A stretch of DNA of 38,370 bases from Octopus bimaculoides (lineage: Eukaryota): NCBI RefSeq assembly GCF_001194135.2, contig NC_068987.1, positions 21,402,380 to 21,440,749 on the forward strand, written 5' to 3'. Each line of letters starts with the position of its first letter. Position 1 is the stretch's first letter. This document shows, piece by piece, positions 1 through 10,712 of the stretch. The notes below the pieces were generated by a model. The model saw nothing but the letters and a program-made list of their open reading frames with translations. It did not search any database and had not been told where the DNA came from. A program made the translations under genes and the position numbers.

Positions 1-345
1 ATATATATATATAGTGATGGACTGGCCAGGTTGTCAGCTTGCCCAATGGTAAGTGGGCCCTTTATGACAAAAAAAGAATCCATATACGGGGTCCCATATG
101 TGTATGTAAGGGGCACATGAAATCAAAATTTTACTTTCAAAGAAACTATCTGAAGTCATAGAGAAAGAATAAAAATTTACAAAAAAAAAAAAAACCCGAA
201 TAAAACAATTAAGCAAAGTAGTTGGTCAAAGAATTCCCTACGGAATTAATAGAAATCAAAATGTATGATACAGCAGACAGCTAATCAGTGTTGATAAAGT
301 GTAGCTAAATTTAGATACATATTAATGCATATATACATATTAATG

Positions 346-355
<10 letters not shown>

Positions 356-434
<79 letters not shown>
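356..434. repeat. (GATA)n microsatellite
   Basis: Perfect tandem GATA run read directly. Confidence 0.98.
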
Positions 435-435
<1 letters not shown>

Positions 436-587
436 AATACATATATATTCATTTTTGTTTATACATACAACATATTCATAAATAATTATGCAACCACACG
501 TACATACATACATACATACATAGTATTTATATCAAAACCGCCAATGCAGAATTAAGCATTAATAATTAAAAGATTTCTTTCTACAAG

Positions 588-658
588 ATAATAGAATGTG
601 TGTAGAGTCATATATAACCTTACATACATTAGATATTTGCACACCTACAGGAATACAG
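588..658 (+). CDS. Candidate host-gene exon (phase 1 to 0)
   Basis: Acceptor tttctttctacaag, donor CAG|gtaaac, open frame xNRMCVESYITLHTLDICTPTGIQ. No homology recognised. Confidence 0.2.
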
Positions 659-747
659 GTAAACGTATACACGCACTAATCTATGGACGATTTCACAGCT
701 AAAATTGTGTTCACATATAATTAAGTAATAGCAAATAAAACTTTATA

Positions 748-1926
748 TTGGGTTGGCAACTAAGTTCCCACCATTTTTTTTAAATTCTGGAATTTATTGC
801 GTTTCTAAATTTTGGAATCTATTTTTGTCGAGAAATCTATTTTTGAATCATTTTGGAATTTATTTTGTTTGTTGGGTTTTTTTTCTTTCTAGTTAAGTTT
901 AGTTAATATTTGTTTGTTTTCAGGTCATTAAAATAGAATATCAAGTTAAGAAAAACGAACATTTTCAACAATTCTTTCTTTTTGCTTTCAATCAATGTTC
1001 TAAGGTCGCAAAAGCTGCTTGCGACATGTGTGCTGTATATGGAGAGGGTGCTGAAAGAACTGCTCGGGATTGTTATGCCAAGTCCAAAAATGGAAATTTT
1101 GACCTCAAAGACGCACTTCGTTCTGGCCGTCCAGTTGAGTTCGATGAAGAGCAATTAAACCAACTTTTGCACGAAAATTCTCATCAAATGACAAGGGAAC
1201 TGGCAGAGAAAATGAAATCAACGAGCCACAATCTCTGCTGGTTTGCTTGCTTGTCACCACTCAACTTATGGACACGATTTATTTACCGAATCGTTACTGG
1301 CGACGAAAAATGGTGCCTGTAAATCAATATGAAGCAGTGTAAGGAATGGCTTAGCCCCAGTAAACAAGCGACACCTCGCGTAAAACAAGATCTTCATCCG
1401 CGTAAAACGATGTTGTGCGTACAGTGGAACTACGAATTGCTTGAACGGAACCAAACGGTCAGCGCGGAACTCTATGTTCAACAAATGGAACGACTTAACA
1501 CGGCTATTCAAGAGAAAACACCTAATCGGCAGAATTGAGTTCTTCTGCTGCACGACAACGATCTCCCTCATATCGCCAATATGACCAATGAAGCCATTCA
1601 AAAGCATGGCTGGGAAGTGCTGCCACGCACGTCGTACTCTCCTGATTTGGCACCAACGGATTTCCACCTCTTTCGATCTCTTTCAAATGCTATGCGCAGA
1701 GTTTCGTTCAATACTAATGCAGAATTGAGAGTTTGGTTGGATCAATTTTTCGAGTCGAAATCGGGTGATTTCTGCCGACGAAGTATTGAAAATATTGCTG
1801 AACGTTAGGAAGAAGTTGTAAACAACAAGGATGAATACATTATTGAGTAATTAGCTGTTATTTTTTATTAAACCTTTTAAAAAATTTAAATTTTAAAAAA
1901 CGGCGGGTACTTAGTTGCCAACCTAA
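748..1926 (+). mobile_element. Mariner (Hsmar1/SETMAR-like) DNA transposon, both ends present, internally deleted
   Basis: Left TIR TTGGGTTGGCAACTAAGT (748-765) and right ACTTAGTTGCCAACCTAA (1909-1926) differ at 1 of 18 positions; TA on both flanks (746-747, 1927-1928). Confidence 0.95.
933..1850 (+). pseudogene. Mariner D,D34D transposase pseudogene
   Basis: HTH region (..RSGRPVEFDEEQL), IVTGDEKW, LLHDN, YSPDLAPTDFHLF. Start ATG appears as ATA; several stops and frameshifts; the WVPHEL region is deleted near 1215. Confidence 0.93.
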
Positions 1927-1944
1927 TATATTCGTGCCCTACAA

Positions 1945-2413
1945 CGCAATTATGATAACGGCTTTTTAAGTAAGCGCTTGTTGCACCTATGTACGTAAAG
2001 AACTTTGCTCTAGTTCAGACCGTACATTTGTATACAATGTTCTTATAGAAACAATCATTTCCAAGGGGACAAGCGGTCTTGTTGCTTTTCTTTGCTACAC
2101 TGTTCTCGAGTTGATCATTACAAGTCTTTTTGATGTTTCTATTTATAGTCCTATAAGTACTGCAATAATAATTATTATAACTGTTGCAATTGCTTTCATT
2201 GTTCTCAACGTCAGAATTATCAAAACTTTCATCATTATCATCGTTATTTGTATTATTCTCACAATTTTCAATATTATTGCTTATTTTGCAGTTATATGAA
2301 CTGGTATGATAATCCTCTCCTCTATTATTGTTATCATTATCAATGGGACTTATGCTTCTTTGCATCTTATTGTTAGTATTGCTGATTATTTGGTTCAACT
2401 TCTTATTGTTCAA
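1945..2413 (-). mobile_element. Penelope-like element: Asn-rich linker plus GIY-YIG endonuclease N-part
   Basis: Minus strand reads CPLGNDCFYKNIVYKCTV*TRAKFFTYIGATSAYLKSRYHN (Cys motif, GIY-equivalent IVY, YIG, RxxxH context), typical of PLE endonucleases. Confidence 0.85.
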
Positions 2414-2529
2414 TTGATGGATATAATATTATAAGTTATATGATATTGCATATAACAACTTCACCATGTGCTTATTGAGAATTTGATGGTGTGTATTACT
2501 TTGCGGAAGTGGTTATCTACTACTGAAAG

Positions 2530-3788
2530 GGAACTTGGCAAGGTTAGATGATGCATGTAATCTGATTGTTTCAGCTACCGAAAATAAACTAAACACTAAA
2601 TTCATCCAGTTCGACAGCAGTAGTTATCATTCCTCTATCAATCCTATCATCCTTAATAAAGCTCTATGTTTCGCACATAATACAGCCGGCCTAACCCGTG
2701 ACGAAATCAATGTTGTCCTAGCGACAAGAAAATCTATCATCCAATTTGATAATAAACTATAGTTTCGTGAGGATAGACCAGATCGCATCGATATTCCAGT
2801 GGGAAGTTCAGACTACACGCATGTCTCGGATTGGGTTGGAATTTATAATGTATCCGAACTTGAAAACCAATTCCATTGTATGTTCGGTGGTTTATATCGT
2901 AATGATTACCTACTTTACCTACAAAATATCTCTAATCAAAAACTACAAAAAGTTAAACGTGATTTAGTCAATTCCTTTAGTAAGATGGGACTGAATCTTT
3001 CCTTTGATGATGACAGAACTAAGGTTAACTTCGTCGATCTTACTCTAAACTTAAATACGGCTTTGTATTTGCTACACCATAAACATTCTACTAACCTGAA
3101 ATACATCAGTGTCTTTAGTAATCTCCATAAAAATATAACAAAAGACTTAGTTAAAAACATATCAGTTAGAATTTCGAAATTATCCGCCGACGAAACGGGT
3201 TTTCAATAGTAACGCTAACTTTCATAACTCAGCTTTATATAAAGCAGAATATAAGGAACAGATTAAATATTATAACCATCTAGGCCGCAACTATACTAAT
3301 AACAGTAATAGTAGTAATAACAATAATAACAGTACTGGAAGCAATAACAGCAAGAGTACTTATCTTGATCTTACCATTATCAATAGTCCAAATAATACCC
3401 AATTCCATCAAAATAACCATTCTCCTTACCCTCGCAATCCTAAAACTAATCAGTCGAAGAGAAGTAACCATGCATTCACTTCCTTTTTAAGCTACAGTAA
3501 GAACACCAGGCTTTTTTAATAATAATTCTCACAAACAATTGCACAATGCTAATAAAAACATTTGGTTGATTATTCCGTATGGTAAACAATTAAAAAGTAA
3601 ACTTCCAGTATTATTTCGTCAAGCTATAGAAAGAAACTTCCCTATTAATTCAAGGTACCACTCGATTTTCAATATAGACCGTATTAGAGTAGGTTTCTCT
3701 AACAACAACAACAACGTCTCACAAATTACATCTTCACATAACAGCCGTATCCTAAGAGGTTACAATTTCTCTCCGAATAATTCTATTG
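2530..3788 (+). mobile_element. Penelope-like element reverse transcriptase and thumb region (decayed)
   Basis: FIQFDSSSYHSSI (FIQFDIxxFYPSI motif), PVGSSDYTHVSDWVGIY, GGLYRND (YRDD), VNFVDLTLNL, ISVRISKLS, then IFNIDRIRVGFS..HNSRIL. Multiple stops. Confidence 0.88.
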
Positions 3789-3902
3789 ACTCATGTCAAT
3801 TAATAAACAAATCTTCTTTGTCAGATCTTTTGTAATAATATCCGGTTTATTATCTTTTATAGTCTTGTCGGTATGTACGGGGAAGTCCCAGAGAAATGAT
3901 AC
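3789..3902 (-). repeat. 114-bp near-identical copy of 4643-4756 (RLE-LINE endonuclease segment)
   Basis: Same length with 2 mismatches by direct comparison. Confidence 0.95.
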
Positions 3903-4189
3903 CTTTAAATTTTCTCTTCCTACCTTTATCTATTCAATTTTGCCCGTTTCTCTCTTCTCTCTTCCCTTTTTATTTTGTTTTCTCTTTTCCCCCCTCCCTA
4001 TCTTTCTATACCGTTTCTTCTTCTCTCACACTAGGAAGTATATTTCCTTAACAACACTTTAAAATCTTTAGCGTTCACTCAATACTTGGCTTTCCATGTA
4101 TGTATATGCGTATATATCTTCTTCTCCTCCTTTTTCTTCTTCTTTTTCTCCTCCTTCTTCTCCTTCTTCTTCTTCTACTTTTTCTTAAT

Positions 4190-5569
4190 ATTATTATCAT
4201 TATTATGTTGTTTTATTTCTTCTTTCTTAAAATTTGCTTCCATTTCTCGCCGAGTGTTTTCCGTACACCTAGGGCAGAGAAACTCTCATTCTATGCGGTC
4301 CCAGTTTACACACGCAAATTCACATGTAAAATATGTAGGTAATAAGAAATTAATAAATAAATAAATTCATGAATGGATGTTGTTTTCACAGCGATAATGC
4401 TCTTCGCAGTACATGAGTCGTTCCAGTTAACACGATGTTTTGCACTTCCTGTAGGGATATTAAGCCTGGTATCATTTTCAAATAGGCATAAGTACCTTTT
4501 TTTTTATCATTCCTAGAGATCCTACAATCACTGGTACGGTAGTCGTAATGAAATGCCACATTTTTTCAATTTCTATTAGCAAATCTTTATATTTACTGAT
4601 CTTGTCAAATTCTTTCGCCGCTATATTATGATCGCAGGGAATACTCATGTTAATTAATAAACAAATCTTCTTTGTCAGATCTTTTATAATAATATCCGGT
4701 TTATTATCTTTTATAGTCTTGTCGGTATGTACGGGGAAGTCCCAGAGAAATGATACATTTTCTCCCTCAGTCACAGCTTCAGGATGGTGTTTATACCATT
4801 TGTCAGCGGTTTTGATTTTATAATGTCGACATATTGTCCAGTGTAAATACTGGCCAACTCTGTCATGTCTTGCTTTATATTCTACAGGTGCTAAGACTCT
4901 ACACCCTGAGATTAGGTGGTCTATAGTTTCAATCGCATCGTTACAGAATCGTCAGTTCCATTTTTTATCACATTAGCTTGGTAGTTCCGGGGTAATAAAC
5001 TTTAGTCTTGNNNNNNNNNNNNNNNNNNNNNNNNNNNNNNNNNNNNNNNNNNNNNNNNNNNNNNNNNNNNNNNNNNNNNNNNNNNNNNNNNNNNNNNNNN
5101 NNNNNNNNNNNNNNNNNNNNNNNNNNNNNNNNNNNNNNNNNNNNNNNNNNNNNNNNNNNNNNNNNNNNNNNNNNNNNNNNNNNNNNNNNNNNNNNNNNNN
5201 NNNNNNNNNNNNNNNNNNNNNNNNNNNNNNNNNNNNNNNNNNNNNNNNNNNNNNNNNNNNNNNNNNNNNNNNNNNNNNNNNNNNNNNNNNNNNNNNNNNN
5301 NNNNNNNNNNNNNNNNNNNNNNNNNNNNNNNNNNNNNNNNNNNNNNNNNNNTCAGTAGCGAATTTTTTGCTCTCTTTCAGAATAGAGAGAAGTTTTTTCG
5401 GTCTTTCATGTTTTTCAACAAGTTTCAGCATCCAATCGTTGGTTGTTTCAAGATATTTGGCCAGTCCGATTGTAGTGGTTTTGTACGTAAGTTCAACCTG
5501 GATCAAGCCTCGACCTCCCTGAGCTCTGGGAAGGTAAAGACGATCTACGTCTGCCTTTGGATGGTGCAT
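4190..5569 (-). mobile_element. R4/Dong-like non-LTR retrotransposon (RLE clade), 3' part, copy A
   Basis: HHPKADVDRLYLPRAQGGRGLIQ; LWDFPVHTDKTIKDNKPDIII..MSIP (PD-(D/E)xK nuclease); C-terminal ..LTGTTHVLRRALSL* with stop at 4386-4388; 3' UTR ending in a TAA/GAA-rich tail. Spans a gap. Confidence 0.85.
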
Positions 5570-5574
5570 CTTAT

Positions 5575-6334
5575 AACAATTCAGTAGCTTGCGGATTTTT
5601 AGTAGTTTTATTTTTCATAGCGTGCTTTCACTTTACTACCGAGCGCAGCTCTGTGTGCCTTGGGTATGTGCTGTGATGCTCTTATGGTTACTGCATTGAA
5701 AGTGTTTTGCGTAGGATGTCAGCAATGCCCAGTAGTGTAATATTTTGTATGTTATATATACTTGTAAGTCCTGGTGTTTTTATTATGTATTTGTTTGAAT
5801 CTTTTTTTTATTATACCTAATGGGCCTACTGTGATAGGAATTGTTTCTGTTTTTAGGTTCCACATTCGAGTTACCTCTATCTCCAGGTTTTTGTATTTTG
5901 AAATTTTCTCCATTTCTTTTATAGAAATGTTGTCATCTGCTGGTATTGATACATCAATTACAAAGCAGTTTTTTCTTCATGATCTCTGACAACTATATCT
6001 AGCCTATAGGACTTAATTTCTCTATCTATGTGTATTGCATATCCCAGAGTATGGTTGCTTTCTCGTTTTCTGTTACCTTTTTTGGCGTGTGCCTATATCA
6101 GCTTTTTTCTGTTGTTATTCCATAGTGTTGGCAGAGCTTCCAGTGTATGTAGGTCCCAGCTCTGTCGTGTCTGTGAATATATTCCTTCTTAGCCAGGACA
6201 GGGCAGCCAGAAATAATATGGTTTATTGTTTCTTGTCCATCGCCACATATTCTGCAGTTACTTGTTATGTTTCTTTCCATTATATGTTTTTGGTAATTTC
6301 TGGTGAGGAGGCTTTGGTCTTGTGCTGCAATTAA
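5575..6334 (-). mobile_element. R4/Dong-like RLE-LINE, 3' end, copy B (different subfamily from A)
   Basis: CRICGDGQETINHIISGCPVLAKKEYIHRHD (CCHC plus RHD), RPDIV nuclease, C-terminal TLLGIADILRKTLSMQ*, and its own 3' UTR abutting copy A. Confidence 0.88.
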
Positions 6335-6982
6335 NNNNNNNNNNNNNNNNNNNNNNNNNNNNNNNNNNNNNNNNNNNNNNNNNNNNNNNNNNNNNNNNNN
6401 NNNNNNNNNNNNNNNNNNNNNNNNNNNNNNNNNNNNNNNNNNNNNNNNNNNNNNNNNNNNNNNNNNNNNNNNNNNNNNNNNNNNNNNNNNNNNNNNNNNN
6501 NNNNNNNNNNNNNNNNNNNNNNNNNNNNNNNNNNNNNNNNNNNNNNNNNNNNNNNNNNNNNNNNNNNNNNNNNNNNNNNNNNNNNNNNNNNNNNNNNNNN
6601 NNNNNNNNNNNNNNNNNNNNNNNNNNNNNNNNNNNNNNNNNNNNNNNNNNNNNNNNNNNNNNNNNNNNNNNNNNNNNNNNNNNNNNNNNNNNNNNNNNNN
6701 NNNNNNNNNNNNNNNNNNNNNNNNNNNNNNNNNNNNNNNNNNNNNNNNNNNNNNNNNNNNNNNNNNNNNNNNNNNNNNNNNNNNNNNNNNNNNNNNNNNN
6801 NNNNNNNNNNNNNNNNNNNNNNNNNNNNNNNNNNNNNNNNNNNNNNNNNNNNNNNNNNNNNNNNNNNNNNNNNNNNNNNNNNNNNNNNNNNNNNNNNNNN
6901 NNNNNNNNNNNNNNNNNNNNNNNNNNNNNNNNNNNNNNNNNNNNNNNNNNNNNNNNNNNNNNNNNNNNNNNNNNNNNNNNNN

Positions 6983-7181
6983 CGAGTTACCTCTATTTCC
7001 AGGTCTTTGTATTTTGAAAGTTTTTCCATTTCTTTTAGAGAAACGTTGTCATCTGCTGGTATTGATACATCAATTAGAAAGCATTTTTTTCTTCATGATC
7101 TTTGACAACTATATCTGGTCTATTTGCCTTAATTTCTCTATCTGTGTGTATTGGCATATCCCAGAGTATGGTTGCTTTCTC

Positions 7182-7183
<2 letters not shown>
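6983..7183 (-). mobile_element. R4/Dong-like RLE-LINE fragment, copy C, 5'-truncated next to (TAA)n
   Basis: Roughly 90% similar by eye to 5868-6067; encodes the RPDIV region; starts right after an (ATT)n run. Confidence 0.85.

Positions 7184-7240
<57 letters not shown>
7181..7240. repeat. (ATT)n microsatellite
   Basis: Read directly. Confidence 0.97.
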
Positions 7241-7329
7241 GTTATCTTTTTTTGATATCTTTATGGTGATCAATAGCGTCGTACATAAAAGCGTTTCTAA
7301 CTGCGTAAGGACTGCATTTCTTTCATTAC

Positions 7330-7358
7330 ACACCTACACACACACACATACACACACA

Positions 7359-7391
<33 letters not shown>

Positions 7392-7508
7392 CGACGAATT
7401 GTATGCACTGGTATTTATCATTAGTTATCATACATACATACATGCATGCATACATACATACATACATACATACATACATACATACATACATACATACATA
7501 CATACATA
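7330..7508. repeat. (CA)n and (TACA)n microsatellites
   Basis: Read directly. Confidence 0.95.
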
Positions 7509-8247
7509 AATACATAGAAAAACGCCCTGTTGTTGAAATTCCAATAAACGAGCCNNNNNNNNNNNNNNNNNNNNNNNNNNNNNNNNNNNNNNNNNNNNNN
7601 NNNNNNNNNNNNNNNNNNNNNNNNNNNNNNNNNNNNNNNNNNNNNNNNNNNNNNNNNNNNNNNNNNNNNNNNNNNNNNNNNNNNNNNNNNNNNNNNNNNN
7701 NNNNNNNNNNNNNNNNNNNNNNNNNNNNNNNNNNNNNNNNNNNNNNNNNNNNNNNNNNNNNNNNNNNNNNNNNNNNNNNNNNNNNNNNNNNNNNNNNNNN
7801 NNNNNNNNNNNNNNNNNNNNNNNNNNNNNNNNNNNNNNNNNNNNNNNNNNNNNNNNNNNNNNNNNNNNNNNNNNNNNNNNNNNNNNNNNNNNNNNNNNNN
7901 NNNNNNNNNNNNNNNNNNNNNNNNNNNNNNNNNNNNNNNNNNNNNNNNNNNNNNNNNNNNNNNNNNNNNNNNNNNNNNNNNNNNNNNNNNNNNNNNNNNN
8001 NNNNNNNNNNNNNNNNNNNNNNNNNNNNNNNNNNNNNNNNNNNNNNNNNNNNNNNNNNNNNNNNNNNNNNNNNNNNNNNNNNNNNNNNNNNNNNNNNNNN
8101 NNNNNNNNNNNNNNNNNNNNNNNNNNNNNNNNNNNNNNNNNNNNNNNNNNNNNNNNNNNNNNNNNNNNNNNNNNNNNNNNNNNNNNNNNNNNNNNNNNNN
8201 NNNNNNNNNNNNNNNNNNNNNNNNNNNNNNNNNNNNNNNNNNNNNNN

Positions 8248-8280
<33 letters not shown>

Positions 8281-8282
<2 letters not shown>

Positions 8283-8700
8283 TTATTCCTCCCTGTGCCT
8301 GTGAAATCTTGTATCCCGGCTGTAAGGCCTTATTTCCATACACGCCAGATTAATTTTATTCGTCCTTAGTCGAAAGACATCTGTCGTTTTGTCCTGTTGT
8401 CATTCCTACTGTATTTGTGTAACATTTTTCGTTTTTTCCGTCTTGTTTTTGTATATATTCGCTGTTTTCTTCCAAGGAAACTAATGCTCTTAGCTTAGTT
8501 TTTCATTGGGGCTGGCCAGATTGGAGTAATATCGAGAATAACCAGCTGAAATTGCAAGGATAATCTTGATCTCGACTGAAGAGAGAAAACTCCGAATGAC
8601 CTGTCCGTGTTTTCTTTGTATCGTCTATCTGGATGTTTTGTCCCTTTCTTGTATCACCTAACTGTCTTGATGTGTTGCGTTCTTGTCCCATTCTGTATTA
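8281..8700. repeat. Unassigned interspersed repeat, possibly PLE terminal sequence
   Basis: Contains CTGAAGA-GAG-AAAA-CTC-CGAA at 8576-8596, resembling a hammerhead core plus stem II. No ORF. Confidence 0.3.
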
Positions 8701-8710
8701 TGTATATATA

Positions 8711-8866
8711 CGGCAGGCTATTTCCAGTTTCTGTCTACCAAATCCGTTCACGAAGATATAGCCCGAAGCTATAGTAGAAGACACTTGCCCAACCTGCCAC
8801 CCAATCGGACTGAACCCGGAACCATGTGGTTGGCAGGCAAGCTACTTACCACACAGACACTCCTGT
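8711..8866 (-). mobile_element. tRNA-derived CORE-like SINE (family 1), head region
   Basis: Minus strand: A-box-like TGTCTGTGTGG, B-box GGTTCAGTCC, then TTGGGCAAGTGTCTTCTACT; matches 38240-38353. Confidence 0.8.
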
Positions 8867-8978
8867 TATATGTATGTATGTACATATTACACATTCATGT
8901 ATATATATATATATATATATATNNNNNNNNNNNNNNNNNNNNNNNNNNNNNNNNNNNNNNNNNNNNNNNNNNNNNNNN

Positions 8979-9027
<49 letters not shown>

Positions 9028-9479
9028 CGAGCGTTTTTCAGTTTCTGTCTACATATATATGCATATATACATACACATATGTACATACTTACATAAATAT
9101 GTATATACATATGCATATATGTGTACAGGACTTCATAAAAGGTAAGCAACATGAAATACGAAATACGATAACATGGAATACGAACTTTTTTATGTGAACA
9201 ACGAAAGAAACAAATGGAAAACAAGACAAGTAATATAAAGAACGATCCTTCATCAGTTGTCGATTGTTTGTCTACTCCTCATTTCGTGCAATTACAAGAT
9301 GTGCCTTCGAGAAAACAGTTGCTCCCGCAAAGTATAATAAAATTTGGGATTTGCGTAGGGTCAAATTTGGTAACAAAAACAGGACAGAGGAAAGAAACAG
9401 TCAGGGCTGCTAAGCCATAACGAGTTGAGGTGGCGACTGCTGTAGGAACAAGCTTTGACAGGAGAAAATATAGGAGAGT

Positions 9480-10673
9480 TGACAGACAAGAAATCGTCTG
9501 TTCTCTGTTACAGACTAATAATAATTTTCTGCAAGTTATCTCTTCGTTATTCTTCTATCTACCGTATAAAATGCGAGATCGCTTGAGATGATCTTGAAAA
9601 CAACGTTTATGTCGTCCATGAGTACTTTCTCCAGTCTCGACCTCGTTGAAGAGGACCATCTTCGGGAGCCGGGTACCCGACATGCGAATCCTATATCCCA
9701 CCAACGCTGTAGATGTCATCTCTCATGAAGATTTCTGTATGAGGCACCTTTTCTTTCCATGTGAGACCGAGGATATTTCCGCGTGATATTTGATATGGAA
9801 CGCTTCCAATTGTATGATCTGGCACTGATAAATGGTCCAGCACTCAAATTCGTATAGGAGGGTGGATACTCAGGTAGCTCGATAAACGGGGGTTTTTGTA
9901 TTTGCTCAAAGATTCTTTGAGTCCCGCGAAAGATGAAGAGGCCAACTTGATCCGACGGAGTATCTCCTCAGCGAGAAGTTCATACTTCCACAATAGTAGA
10001 CCATACAATAGAGACCATACAATAGAGACCATACAATAGAGACCATACAATAGAGACCATACAATAGAGACCATACAATAGAGACCATGCTTCCACAATA
10101 GTAGAATGAGTCCGCTTGCGATAGAGGAGCATCATCAATAAGGACCGGTTGAGGAAGAAGAAGGACTACTTGGAGACTGATTGGAGAACTCAGTTTCTCG
10201 GTGATTCGCCCTAAAGCCGAGCCGAGAATAGACACTGTTCATTGAGTTCATCATGTGTTGAAGAGAGGCGGGGTGGGTATGAGATGGTGCAGCAGAATCG
10301 TCTGCATACTGAATCTCGTACATCTTGACTGAGAGGGTTTTTTATGTGAATTTCAGACGATGAAAGCTGCCATCATCGCGGTACTTCCGTTTTCTTCGGC
10401 GAACCGTCTCCTGAAAAGAAGGGTTACAGCTTCCAAGTAAATGTTAAGCAGCATATGGGCAAGGATGCATCCTTGTTTTATCCCCACGTGGACATTAAAG
10501 GTTTTCGAGGCTTCACCGCCGATTTTCATTCTCGTTTGCATACCATCATGAGAATTTTGGACGATGGAGAGAAACGTTGGCGAGAAACCAAACTTCTGAA
10601 GAAAGCGCCACCACATAGGATGCTTGACTGTGCCATACATCTTTGTTAGATCGACGACCTCCCTCTCTCCCTC

Positions 10674-10712
<39 letters not shown>

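Noticed and set aside
933-1850. Domesticated transposase (SETMAR-like host gene); there is a ttttcag acceptor just upstream
   Set aside because: TIRs and TA flanks are retained, and the ORF has stops, frameshifts and a deletion. The same applies to the other mariner copies.
2015-2413. Asn-rich 132-aa ORF as a novel low-complexity host protein
   Set aside because: It is the PLE linker leading directly into the GIY-YIG motif.
9240-9300. CTGATGA on the minus strand (9252-9258) as a hammerhead
   Set aside because: No downstream stem II plus GAAA, and a type II arrangement gives no credible stems.
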